DNA of 64,000 bases from a virus (Duplodnaviria; Caudoviricetes): positions 1,976-65,975 of the IMG/VR virus record IMGVR_UViG_3300046794_000491; one strand, 5' to 3'. The notes beneath the pieces are model-generated. The model did no database searches. It was not told the DNA's origin and saw only the letters and a list, made by a program, of their open reading frames with translations. Shown in pieces: positions 55,156 to 64,000 of this stretch (positions are counted from its first letter, which is position 1; every line of letters starts with the position of its first letter). A program made the position numbers and the translations under genes.

Positions 55156-56502
55156 ATGACCGGGGAGGAAGCCTTGTTGTTCTTCCAAAGCACCCTCAAG
55201 TTACGCGGCATACGCACCCCCGACGACTTCCTCCCGGAGTACCGGAAGGCAGCCGAACGGCTCGAACTGAGGGACGTGGATCCGGCCCCGAAGACCATCG
55301 AAGGATGGATCTACGAGGGGCGGAAGCCGCAACGGGCGTTCCGCCCGGTCATCGCCGAGATGCTGGGCTACAGCATTGAGCAGCTGTGGTCTGAAGTCCC
55401 GGAGGGCACCACGCTGCACTTCGTTTCGCTGGCAGGCGCGTCACCGACTGCACTCCATGCCGAGCTCGGCATGGACCTGATCGAGATGAAAAGGACGGGC
55501 GCGATGGCAGTGCGACGCGCGAAAGACTTCCTCCTCGGGGCAGACCGCGAGCGGGTGGGCGACGACACGCTCGGCGTGCTCGACGACGAGGTGCGGCGCC
55601 TGGTCGCCGAGTACCCCCGTGTCCCCCTGTCGACGGTGTGGCCCGACCTGCTGGAGACCCAGGAACAGGTCTTCCGACTCCTGGAGGGCGGCAGAGTCCG
55701 GCCGTCGCAGCTCCGCGACCTGAACGTCGCAGGCGCCATCCTGAGCTTCCTGGTCGCCAAGGGGTTCAACGACATGCAGGACCCCCACGAGGCCATGACG
55801 ATGACCCGGGTCGCCGCGGCCTGCGCCAGGGACGCCGAACACCCCGGGCTCATCGCCCTCACCGAGGGCCTCAAGTCGCTCATCGCGTACTGGGCGCAGC
55901 GACCCGAGGATGCGTACCACTACGCCAGTCAGGGCGCTGAGACTGCCGCCACCCTCCAGGGAACCGTGGGTCTGTGGCTGCTCGGCCTCCAGGCGCGCGC
56001 CGCCGCGGTGCTGGGCGACGAGGAGACCGTGCATGCCGCGAACCGGCAGGCAGCGGACCGGCGAGAGACCGTCGTGCCGGACGACCTGGATGGGCTCGGC
56101 GGCCTGTTCACCTACGCCCGGGCGAAGCAGCTCTACTACTCGGTGGAAGCCCAAGCGCTCCTCGGTAACGGGGGCGTGCAGCTCGCCGCCCAGGCCGAGG
56201 AAGCCGTGCAGGGCTTCAGCGACCCCACCGCCCCGGACTGGGCGTTCGGCGACCTCGCAGGCTCTCAGTGCGATCTCGCGCTCGTCCGGCTCTACAGCGG
56301 AGACGTGGACGGAGCGGCGGCCGCCATCCGTCCGGTGCTGAACCTGCCTGCCTCCCACCGCAACAACGGGATCATCGTCTCCGCCATGCGCGTCAGGAAC
56401 TCCCTGACCGCCGGCCCCGTGCGGACGGCCGTCGCCGCGCGCGATCTCCGGGCGGAGATCGAGGCGTTCCCGGCCAGCCGGCCCGCGCTGCCCCGCGGGT
56501 AG
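55156..56502 (+). CDS. XRE-type HTH regulator with helical-repeat C-terminus; contains TTA
   Basis: TIEGWIYEGRKPQ..RPVIAEMLGYSIEQLW HTH; divergent from the HATPase operon. Confidence 0.75.
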   Translation: MTGEEALLFFQSTLKLRGIRTPDDFLPEYRKAAERLELRDVDPAPKTIEGWIYEGRKPQRAFRPVIAEMLGYSIEQLWSEVPEGTTLHFVSLAGASPTALHAELGMDLIEMKRTGAMAVRRAKDFLLGADRERVGDDTLGVLDDEVRRLVAEYPRVPLSTVWPDLLETQEQVFRLLEGGRVRPSQLRDLNVAGAILSFLVAKGFNDMQDPHEAMTMTRVAAACARDAEHPGLIALTEGLKSLIAYWAQRPEDAYHYASQGAETAATLQGTVGLWLLGLQARAAAVLGDEETVHAANRQAADRRETVVPDDLDGLGGLFTYARAKQLYYSVEAQALLGNGGVQLAAQAEEAVQGFSDPTAPDWAFGDLAGSQCDLALVRLYSGDVDGAAAAIRPVLNLPASHRNNGIIVSAMRVRNSLTAGPVRTAVAARDLRAEIEAFPASRPALPRG

Positions 56503-56511
56503 AGTCCGGGC

Positions 56512-57063
56512 ATGTACCCGGTCACTCGTTCCAGCGCACGCCTCGACCTGCGAGAACTCGCCATCGAGGACGTGGACGCGGTGCTAGCCATCTACGGCAG
56601 CCCAGAGGCGACGGAGCATCTGTCGTTCGAGCCGCGTACTCGTGAGCAGGTTGGGCAGATCGTGGCCCGGTCCATCGCCGCCGCCACGGCGACGCCCCGC
56701 ACGGAGTACGCGCTCGCCGTCATCGAGCGAGAGACGGACGAGCTGATCGGGTTCGGCCGCCTGGCCATCGACCCCCACCAGCAGCGCGGAGCCACCATGG
56801 GTTTCGCGCTGCGCCCGGATGCGTGGGGCGTGGGCTACGGCGTGGAGACGGTGCGGCTGCTGCTCGCCGTCGGCTTTGACGACTTGGGCCTTCACCGCGT
56901 GTGGGGCGCGCGGTCCCCGCTCAACGAGGCCTCCGCGAAGACCATGACGGCCGCCAGCATGGTCGAAGAGGGGCTGATCCGCGAGCACGTGCTGAAGGCC
57001 GGGGCGTGGCGTGACTCCGTCGTGCATGCGATCCTTGATCGCGAGTGGCGGCCCGCCTTTTGA
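56512..57063 (+). CDS. RimJ/RimL-type GNAT
   Basis: RLDLREL, WGVGYGVE, LGLHRV, NEAS, EEGLIRE. Confidence 0.88.
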   Translation: MYPVTRSSARLDLRELAIEDVDAVLAIYGSPEATEHLSFEPRTREQVGQIVARSIAAATATPRTEYALAVIERETDELIGFGRLAIDPHQQRGATMGFALRPDAWGVGYGVETVRLLLAVGFDDLGLHRVWGARSPLNEASAKTMTAASMVEEGLIREHVLKAGAWRDSVVHAILDREWRPAF

Positions 57064-57088
57064 ACGCCGATGGAGGCGGGCCGCACGA

Positions 57089-58261
57089 TCATCCGGCCGT
57101 GTCGTGTCCGCCGAGTGGCACCTTGGACAGCGGGTCTTCCTGAAGATGAGTGTGGGGCCGGTCGTACACCGTGTCCGCGGTGTGGGAGTCCGTCGCCCAG
57201 CGGCCGCGCCGGTTGCGTTCCCGTAGCGGCACCCCGGCGGCGATCATGTCCGTGTTGGCGCCTGCGCGCAGCGAGTGCGCCCGCACCTTCTTCCCGCCGA
57301 TGTAGGGGATGCCTGCGAGCTCGGCGTACCGCTGTACCCGCTCGTTGAGGGCGCCGCCCTTGAGGTGGTCACCGCGGCGGGTGGCATTCGCCCGGCCCTT
57401 GAGGTTCCCGGCTACCGTCAGCGCCCGGAACAGCGGCTGATCGGGGCCGTCCGCGCCGAGCTTCTTCAGCACGGCGAGCCACGCCTGAGCGCGGGCGACG
57501 ATGCGGAGGTCTTCCCGGTCCTGGATGAACTCCGTTGCACCCTTGGACTGCCGGTCGGTCTTGGACGTCGCCGTGGTGACGACGAGACCCATCGGCGTCA
57601 CCTTCACGTGCTTGACGAGGAGGTCCGCCAGCTCCACCCGGCGGTGCAAGTTGGCGTAGGCGAGGGCCAGCAGGAAGGCGTCCCGGATGCCGATGTGCGT
57701 CGACTCGTCGCAGTGCTCCATGCAGCGCAGCAGTTCCGCGAGGGTGAGCGCCGCGGCCCGATCGACCTCACCGCCGGCCCCGGCCCAATCCTTGCGCCAC
57801 AGGCGGATCTTCCCGCGTACGCGCGAGGGATCGGGGCGCATGCCCTCCGGCTGCCAGTTCCAGAGGCGGCTCATGTACTGGCCGACCGTGTCCGGCTTGA
57901 AGTCCCCTGCCCGGCCGCGGCGGATCAGGTGCAGGCCGTACGCGGTGTACGTCGCCGTGGTGCACGGCCACGCGATCCGCGGCGGGTGTTGCTGGGCGCA
58001 CCACTCCTCGAAGGCGGCCACGGTGGAGTCCCGGTTGATGAGCGTGTTCTCGGCGAGGTCGGGCTCATCGAGCTCCGCCTTGTCCTCGGCGGAGATCCGG
58101 AAGTCGGCTTCGGTCCACGGCGGCCGCGCATCGGCGCGCGGCGGCATCTCGCCGGGCCCCAGCATGGTGTGCTGGTTGACGAGGTAGCGCACCGGCTCCG
58201 CGTCGGCCGCGGTGACCAACTCGGCTTCGTAGACCTCCAGATCGGCGCTGCCCGCGGTCAC
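57089..58261 (-). CDS. Cre-like tyrosine recombinase
   Basis: RDAFLL...HRRVEL, SKTD, AHSLRAG, GRW, C-terminal Y; start GTG 58261 coupled to the upstream gene. Confidence 0.88.
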   Translation of the reverse strand: MTAGSADLEVYEAELVTAADAEPVRYLVNQHTMLGPGEMPPRADARPPWTEADFRISAEDKAELDEPDLAENTLINRDSTVAAFEEWCAQQHPPRIAWPCTTATYTAYGLHLIRRGRAGDFKPDTVGQYMSRLWNWQPEGMRPDPSRVRGKIRLWRKDWAGAGGEVDRAAALTLAELLRCMEHCDESTHIGIRDAFLLALAYANLHRRVELADLLVKHVKVTPMGLVVTTATSKTDRQSKGATEFIQDREDLRIVARAQAWLAVLKKLGADGPDQPLFRALTVAGNLKGRANATRRGDHLKGGALNERVQRYAELAGIPYIGGKKVRAHSLRAGANTDMIAAGVPLRERNRRGRWATDSHTADTVYDRPHTHLQEDPLSKVPLGGHDTAG

Positions 58262-58602
58262 CGCCCATCCTCCCCGTCCTGGGCGCCCGCAATGAACTGC
58301 TCGGCCCAGGGCTCGAACTCCGCCGCGAGGTCGGCGCGCGGGTTGGGCGCGGGCGGCATCATCTTCAGCATCGGCCACGTTTCGACGGGGTGCTCGACGC
58401 GGCCGAGGTGCGCGAGGCGGTCCGCCGGCGGGACGGGCGTCTCTTCGCGCGGCGTGGCCCGGGGCTTCCAGGTGGGTTCGGTGTGAGCGAAGTGCTCCGC
58501 GCGTTCGCGGAGGGCTTCCTTGAAGGCCGGGTCTGCCGAGGTGCCCATCGGGCCGAGTGCGGGATGCTCCTCGGGCTGCTGCGGGCTGCTCTGGTCGGTC
58601 AC
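58258..58602 (-). CDS. Hypothetical protein upstream of the recombinase
   Basis: 114 aa, GGGAGG RBS, translational coupling. Confidence 0.65.
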   Translation of the reverse strand: MTDQSSPQQPEEHPALGPMGTSADPAFKEALRERAEHFAHTEPTWKPRATPREETPVPPADRLAHLGRVEHPVETWPMLKMMPPAPNPRADLAAEFEPWAEQFIAGAQDGEDGR

Positions 58603-58620
58603 TGCGTCCCCTCCCCTAGG

Positions 58621-58650
58621 TACCGGCTATTCCAGGCAGAATAGCCGGTA
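58621..58650. repeat. Perfect 12-6-12 inverted repeat (lox/dif-like candidate)
   Basis: TACCGGCTATTC-CAGGCA-GAATAGCCGGTA upstream of the recombinase operon. Confidence 0.6.
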
Positions 58651-58791
58651 AGGCCACACTAACCAGGGGTGTTTGACGGCGTGTCGGGAATTGAGCCGAG
58701 TTTCATCGTGATTCACCTGACACTCACATGGGCGCGTCCTAGACTGAGCTGAGTCTTAGCTGATTCTCGGCTCATGTCTGTGGGAGGCCAT

Positions 58792-59394
58792 ATGCGATTG
58801 ATCCTGGAAGCCGACGACGAAAGCCCGCTCGCCGCGGCGCTCATCGACGCGGCCCGCCTCCCCGGCACCGCCGTCACTGTCGGCGATCCGGTCTGGACGC
58901 CGGAGCGCGCCGACCGGTTCGTCAACGAGGTCTCCACGCCGGGCCGCCGGCTGCTGCGCGCGGCCGCCGAGGGGAACGGCCGGGTCGACGGCGAGCGATT
59001 CCGCGAGCGGTTCGGGGAGCGGGCGCTGCACGGCCCGTCGGCCGCCATCACCAAGGCCGTCAACCGCGGTATCCGCGAAGGCTGGTTGCCCGAGGGCGCC
59101 GAGCTGCCGCTCACCTCCACCTACGACGGCCGCTCCTCGTGGTCCAAGACCGACGGATACCGGCTCCCCGCCCATCTGGCCGCCATCTTCCGCGACGCCT
59201 TCGACCGGGTCTCCCCGGTCAGGGCCGCGCCGCTGGCGGACGTCATCGACCACCTGGCCGACATCTACGAGCAGGGCGGCCGCGATCCCGAATACGCGCG
59301 CGAGCGGGCCCAGGCCTTCCTAGAAACACACGCTGACGCACTCACCGAGTGGGCCTTGGCCCGCGCCCGCACAGAGACAAGGACGGACGCATGA
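58792..59394 (+). CDS. Hypothetical protein (possible winged helix)
   Basis: ATG 58792 after GGGAGG; ATGA-coupled to the next gene. Confidence 0.65.
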   Translation: MRLILEADDESPLAAALIDAARLPGTAVTVGDPVWTPERADRFVNEVSTPGRRLLRAAAEGNGRVDGERFRERFGERALHGPSAAITKAVNRGIREGWLPEGAELPLTSTYDGRSSWSKTDGYRLPAHLAAIFRDAFDRVSPVRAAPLADVIDHLADIYEQGGRDPEYARERAQAFLETHADALTEWALARARTETRTDA

Positions 59395-59990
59395 CCCGCC
59401 AGACCGCCGCCCCGTTCGACCACATCAGCCTCAACCCCACGCACGTCACCCTCGGCGAACTGGTCCGCCGCATCGAAAGCGGCATGCTCGACCTGGACCC
59501 GCCGTACCAGCGCGGCGATGTCTGGGACGTGGACCAGCGCATGGCCCTCGTGCAGTCGTGGCTCCGAGGGCTGCCCGCCGGAGTGGTCATCCTCGCCGAC
59601 CGCTGCAACGACCGGTGGGTGAAGGCGCACGGCGGGAAGGGCCCCTACGACACGGGTGAGGCGCTTTGGGGGTGCGTGGACGGCAAGCAGCGCTTCACCA
59701 CGGCATTCATGTGGCGCAACAGCGAGTTCGCCATCCCCGCGTCGTGGCTGAAGCCGGAGAACGTCGTGACGACCGAGGAGACGGAGGACGGCCCCTACGT
59801 CCGGTTCAGCGGCCTCAGCGAGCAGGGCGTGCGGTTCACGGACCGGTACTGCTCGCTCCTGATCGCCGAGGCCAAGGAGTGCGCCACGCTGGAGGAGGAG
59901 GCCGAGCTGTACCTCCTCGTCAACGGTGGCGGCACCCCGCAGACCGACGAGACCATGGCGAACGCTGCACGCGTCGCTGGAGGGGCCTGA
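59391..59990 (+). CDS. DUF262 (ParB-like/GmrSD N-terminal) domain protein
   Basis: PPYQRGDVW, LVQSWLRGLP, VDGKQR, C-terminal LVNGGG. Confidence 0.85.
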   Translation: MTRQTAAPFDHISLNPTHVTLGELVRRIESGMLDLDPPYQRGDVWDVDQRMALVQSWLRGLPAGVVILADRCNDRWVKAHGGKGPYDTGEALWGCVDGKQRFTTAFMWRNSEFAIPASWLKPENVVTTEETEDGPYVRFSGLSEQGVRFTDRYCSLLIAEAKECATLEEEAELYLLVNGGGTPQTDETMANAARVAGGA

Positions 59991-60139
59991 CATGGTCGAC
60001 GCACAGAGCACCACCCCGTGGCGCTGTGAGGTGGCGTGGCACGCCCACACCGACGAGCAGCGGGGCGCGACCTGCCGCCCCGACAGCATGCTGCACCCCG
60101 ATATGGCCGCCGCGGCGGCCGCAGAGAGCGAGCGATGAC

Positions 60140-60607
60140 GTGACCGTGACCGACGAGAACCTGAGCCACTTCGAGTTCGACACCGACCCGTTCACCGGGG
60201 CGGAGCTCGCGGCCATCACCGCGTACCGCAAGACGATCAGCGGCATCAGGGACATGGTGGAGGGCACCGACCCGCAGGAGCTCATCCGTCTCGGCGCCGG
60301 CCTCGAAGCGCCGGGCGCGCGCCACCTGCTCACCCATCTCGCCAACGGCCTGAACACCTGGTACCTCGCGCTGGACACGGCGCTCGCCGAACTGCTGACG
60401 TGCACGGCCGAGTCGACCACGTACAGCGTGGCGGTCAAGCGGTTCCTCGGCGCCGAGTCGGGCGCGTACCACCAGGCCCGGCACGAATTCGAGTACGCCG
60501 TCACCGTGTTCGTGCTGGGTCTTCGCACCGGGCCGACCGGCAGCTACCCGCCCTTGACCGTCGCCCTGAACCTGCCGATGCAGAGCCTTGCGGGATACGA
60601 CGGCTGA
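60140..60607 (+). CDS. Hypothetical protein
   Basis: Globular 155-aa C-terminal part of ORF 59666..60607. Confidence 0.6.
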   Translation: MTVTDENLSHFEFDTDPFTGAELAAITAYRKTISGIRDMVEGTDPQELIRLGAGLEAPGARHLLTHLANGLNTWYLALDTALAELLTCTAESTTYSVAVKRFLGAESGAYHQARHEFEYAVTVFVLGLRTGPTGSYPPLTVALNLPMQSLAGYDG

Positions 60608-60760
60608 CCTTCCGATCCATCTGGGAGGGCGCGGCGCACGAGCGAGCGCCGCGCCTTCCTGCTCCCGAAAGGACACCAGACATGGCCGGACGCTGCGCGA
60701 CCGAAGCCCGGGTACCGGGGCACCCTGTGCGCCCCGACGAGCCCGGCCAGGAGGCGTGAC

Positions 60761-61333
60761 GTGTCGTTCCGTATCAGTGAGAAGGACGTGGACCGCTACC
60801 CCGGTCTGCGTGCGAAGTGGGAAGCGGCCAAGGAGGCGAATGCGCCCTTGCCGAAGCCCAAGTCGAAGCGCCAGCGCGAGCCGAAGGCCGAGGGCGAGAG
60901 CGGCTCGGCGTACATCGAGTGCGACATCGCCGCGGAGGTGAGTGGCGCCCGGCACTGGGTACTGCCGCTGCCGGACATCGACCTGATCAACGCCAACGAG
61001 GTGCGGGGCTGGCACTGGCGCAAGGAGCGGGAGGTCGCCGCGGCGATACGGGCGGCCGCCGCGAAGGCCGCGCGCGACGCCAGGGTGCCGCTGCTGGAGC
61101 GGGCCCGGGTGCTGTACCTCGTGCACCCGACGGGACGGACGCGCATCTTCGACCCGTCAAACTGGGCTCTGTCGGCGAAGGCCGCCGTGGACGGTCTGTC
61201 GGACGCCGGGAGCTTCAGGGACGACAACGCCCGCATCGTGACCGGCGTGGACCCGCGGGCGGGCAAGCGCATCACCGGGGCCCGCATCAGAATGACGCTG
61301 GTCGTCATCGACCAGGGGGAGGAACGATCGTGA
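60761..61333 (+). CDS. RusA-like Holliday junction resolvase
   Basis: DPSN...KAAVDGL..G..RDDN motif. Confidence 0.75.
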   Translation: MSFRISEKDVDRYPGLRAKWEAAKEANAPLPKPKSKRQREPKAEGESGSAYIECDIAAEVSGARHWVLPLPDIDLINANEVRGWHWRKEREVAAAIRAAAAKAARDARVPLLERARVLYLVHPTGRTRIFDPSNWALSAKAAVDGLSDAGSFRDDNARIVTGVDPRAGKRITGARIRMTLVVIDQGEERS

Positions 61334-61935
61334 AGACGCCGATGGGGCGCAGGCCTGTACCGCAGGACATCGGGACGCCTGCGAGTCGTACCGTGCATGG
61401 AGCGCCGGTCGTTGTGGACGGCGGGCTTGTCCTCGGCTACCGGGACGCCACTTTCATCAACAAGCCCAGCCTCGGTGACCACCAGGGCCACGCCGTGGTC
61501 TTCACGCACCGGTACGCCGTGGGATCCGGCATGGAGGGAATGGCGGCCGCATGCGACCCCACCCGCATCCTCATCGATGACGGAATGCTGTTCGCCACCC
61601 CCAGGATCACGAACCCGGTCGCACGGTGCAAGCGACCCGCGTGCCGCGCACTGCTCGCCGAGGCTGACCGGCAGCACCGGGACTTGGAGCGCATCCGCAG
61701 CTACTACCGGCTGGAGGAGCGGCACGGCATTTGTGTCGGGCTGGGGCTGCGGGTCCGGCACGTCGGCCGGCCCGGGGTCATCATCGACACCGCGGAGCAG
61801 CTGCTCGTTGTCCGCCTGGATGACGAACCGAAGCTCGTGAGGGCGCACCCCACGGCGAGCTTGGAGTACGAGGGCCCGGACGGCTGGGTGCGGGCCGTGC
61901 CCGTGGACAACCCGGCCTCCCCCGCCGCGGTGTAA
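61330..61935 (+). CDS. Hypothetical protein
   Basis: GTGA-coupled to the RusA-like gene, GGAGG RBS. Confidence 0.6.
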   Translation: MKTPMGRRPVPQDIGTPASRTVHGAPVVVDGGLVLGYRDATFINKPSLGDHQGHAVVFTHRYAVGSGMEGMAAACDPTRILIDDGMLFATPRITNPVARCKRPACRALLAEADRQHRDLERIRSYYRLEERHGICVGLGLRVRHVGRPGVIIDTAEQLLVVRLDDEPKLVRAHPTASLEYEGPDGWVRAVPVDNPASPAAV

Positions 61936-62022
61936 CGAATCCGCTGGTCACTCCGTCTATCCCGTGCACACGGCCCCCTGTCGCCTTGCGGCAGGGGGCT
62001 CCGTTCTGTGGAGGGCTGGAGC

Positions 62023-62295
62023 ATGAGCACTGCCACCATCGACCGCCCCGTCGTTGACCGTGTCGCGGTCCTGCGCGCGGTGGCCCTGACGATATGCGGG
62101 CGCCGCGAGGGCAAGGAGAAGGCCTGCAACTCGTGTCTGCGGAAGGCGGACGCGGTGGTGCACCTGGTCGCCACACCGGAGCTGAACACCAAGCTGCTGC
62201 CGCGCCTGGCGGACATCCTGTGCGGTTCGGCCGGCCACCCGTGCGGGGACTGCTGGGAGAAGGCCACGACGCTGCTTCTGGAGCTCCGCCCGTGA
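62023..62295 (+). CDS. Small Cys-rich protein with internal duplication
   Basis: ICG..ACNSCLRKA / LCG..PCGDCWEKA. Confidence 0.6.
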   Translation: MSTATIDRPVVDRVAVLRAVALTICGRREGKEKACNSCLRKADAVVHLVATPELNTKLLPRLADILCGSAGHPCGDCWEKATTLLLELRP

Positions 62296-62855
62296 CCACT
62301 GACCTCTTCCCCGAGCCGCAGATCGTGCGCGCCCACGTACGGAGCGGCGACCAGCTGTTCACGAGTCAGGTCCCGCTGGTGGGCATGGAGTGGGCCGACG
62401 CCGAGATCGCCATCCGCAAGTTCTCTGTCCGCAAGGCCAAGGCGCTGCTCGTCATGAAGGGCGTGCTGTGCGCGTCGTGCGGGGAGATGTTCGAGGCGAA
62501 TCCCCCGCCGTGCCCGGCGTGTAGTCCGGTCCGTGTGGTGCTGTGGGACGGCCGGGCCGAGTACCCGATCACCGACGACATGATGCGGGTGTATCCGCCC
62601 GCGACCCGCTTCAACGTGGTGGCCATGCTGCCGGGCCGGCCGACGGCATACGCGGCGCAGGAGCTCCGCGGCCCCGACTGGATCGGGCTGTCCATGGAGG
62701 AGCGTCAGCGCGTCATGGGGCGGCTGGTCGACGAGCTGCTGCGCTTCTACCCGGACGTAGCCCGGAAGGCGGTGCGCACACTCATCACGGACGGCAAGCG
62801 TGAGATGCCGTATCCGGCCAACTGGCTTGCTGTGCTTGGCGATCAGGCCGGGTAG
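62292..62855 (+). CDS. Hypothetical Zn-ribbon protein
   Basis: GTGA-coupled; CASC...CPAC. Confidence 0.6.
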   Translation: MTTDLFPEPQIVRAHVRSGDQLFTSQVPLVGMEWADAEIAIRKFSVRKAKALLVMKGVLCASCGEMFEANPPPCPACSPVRVVLWDGRAEYPITDDMMRVYPPATRFNVVAMLPGRPTAYAAQELRGPDWIGLSMEERQRVMGRLVDELLRFYPDVARKAVRTLITDGKREMPYPANWLAVLGDQAG

Positions 62856-63002
62856 TCTGGTGGCATAACAGAACAGCCGGGCCACGGGTGGCCCGGTCAA
62901 CGCCACGGCGCACGAGCGAGCGCCAGGTGACTGCTCCCGAACCCGACCAGGAGGACTCTCCGATGTTCTGCGCTGCGCGCGTTTCTCTCCTTGGCTCCGC
63001 CC

Positions 63003-63060
63003 TGACGTGACGTGACGTACCCCCGACCTGGGGTTTCGCCCGTCAGTAACGTCACGTCAC
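63003..63060. promoter_or_regulatory. TGACG tandem/inverted repeats upstream of traB (operator candidate)
   Basis: GTGACGTGACGTAC ... GTAACGTCACGTCAC. Confidence 0.45.
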
Positions 63061-63077
63061 TTCCCGGGGAGCCTGCT

Positions 63078-64000
63078 GTGCGTCCGATCCGTTCGTCTAC
63101 GTCGAATGACTCGATACTGCTGCGCGCTGCTCTGGGCACTGTGCGCGGCCTTGGCCATGTGTGCCGCTGGTGCAAGCGGCGCCGATATGAACTTGCTCCC
63201 GCGGCCGCGTCTGCGGCGCTGACGGGGATGTCCTGGCTCCACCACGCCGCGGGCTTGGACGTGTGGGACCACGTCGGGTACGGCGCTGTTACCGCGGCTA
63301 CGACTACGGTCGCCGGGCTCGCGCTCAAGTACAAGCACAAGGATGTGGCGACCGGCGCCGCGTGCGGCATGGCGCTGATGACTGACACGTGGATCGGCGC
63401 CGAAGCCGGGCCGTCGATGCCTTCCCTGATCGCCACAGGGATCATCACCGGCACCGCGTACTGGCCTTACGTGAAGTGGCTGACGCGGGCCCGGCAGGAC
63501 CGGCTCAAGCTCCAGGTCGAGGCGGCGAAGGCCGGGGTGGGTGCGGAGGCGCTCGGCACTGGCACGGGCACGGCGCTGACCGGGGCGACCCCGCAGGAGA
63601 CCAAGCTCATGCAGGCCCTCGTGGCGCTGCTGGGCATCCCCGCGGTGGATGTGACCGCTCTGGAGAACACCCTGTTTGGGTGGCGCGCCGTGGTCGTGCT
63701 GCCGATGGGCAAGAACACGTCCCCGGCGAAGGTCATCGCGCGCCGCGAGCAGCTGGCGAACAACCTGGGGATGCCCGGGAAGCTGCGCCTGGCCCGCGGT
63801 GAGGAAGACAACGAGCTCGTGGTGTCCATGTACGAGACGGACCCGCTTGCCGAGACGCTGTCGTGGCCTGGCCCGTCGACCACCACGTGCACGGAGCCGG
63901 CCGTCCTCGGCATGGACGCCGACGGCGACGAGGTGCTCGTGCAGCTCCTGTACAACCACGTGCTGATCGGTGGCGCGTCCGACAACGGCAAGTCGTCGCT
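63078..64000 (+). CDS. traB: TraB/FtsK-SpoIIIE conjugative DNA translocase (truncated by the window end)
   Basis: Not in the ORF track; N-terminal TM segments, DPLAETLSWP, VLGMDADG, HVLIGGASDNGKS Walker A. Confidence 0.8.
   Translation, partial: MRPIRSSTSNDSILLRAALGTVRGLGHVCRWCKRRRYELAPAAASAALTGMSWLHHAAGLDVWDHVGYGAVTAATTTVAGLALKYKHKDVATGAACGMALMTDTWIGAEAGPSMPSLIATGIITGTAYWPYVKWLTRARQDRLKLQVEAAKAGVGAEALGTGTGTALTGATPQETKLMQALVALLGIPAVDVTALENTLFGWRAVVVLPMGKNTSPAKVIARREQLANNLGMPGKLRLARGEEDNELVVSMYETDPLAETLSWPGPSTTTCTEPAVLGMDADGDEVLVQLLYNHVLIGGASDNGKSS

Larger units (their letters stand above)
1..64000. mobile_element. Actinomycete phage-plasmid / plasmid-prophage (partial; continues past both ends)
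   Basis: Head and tail gene set co-occurs with parAB + parS-like sites, a Cre-like recombinase, a TA pair and a TraB-like translocase; no host housekeeping genes recognised. Confidence 0.85.

Noticed and set aside
57089-58261. Recombinase as prophage integrase or protelomerase
   Set aside because: No att/tRNA or host junction nearby and element genes continue on both sides; motifs are Cre-like, and no long perfect telomere palindrome was seen
58739-58759. Imperfect palindrome AGACTGAGCTGAGTCT
   Set aside because: Single imperfect copy; could be an operator but there is no supporting evidence
59992-60138. 48-aa ORF between the DUF262 gene and the next gene
   Set aside because: Plausible spacing but no recognisable features; not enough support to call

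Overview
High-GC actinomycete (most likely Streptomyces) DNA that reads as part of a large phage-plasmid. About 50 kb on the - strand is a siphovirus-type morphogenesis region: portal-MuF fusion, HK97-type prohead protease fused to a 2H phosphoesterase, major capsid, head-tail connectors, tail tube, a frameshifting tail chaperone, tape measure, Dit and minor tail proteins. It also holds a ~7,230-aa polyvalent protein (adenine MTase + SNF2 helicase + UvrD-like helicase) with a second gene apparently nested inside it. Plasmid functions are interspersed: parB-parA with nine 17-bp palindromic parS-like sites, an RHH/RelE-like TA pair, a Cre-like tyrosine recombinase with a 12-6-12 inverted repeat, and a TraB/FtsK translocase running off the right end. 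A conserved promoter motif (GACR-N18-YAnnnT) precedes 12 structural transcription units. An accessory module at 50.8-57 kb encodes a radical SAM enzyme, a 67-aa putative precursor peptide ending CSCNAGDDNPH and a GNAT, next to an XRE regulator and HATPase; three genes of this module carry in-frame TTA codons. All product calls come from motif recognition by eye; no database searches were run.
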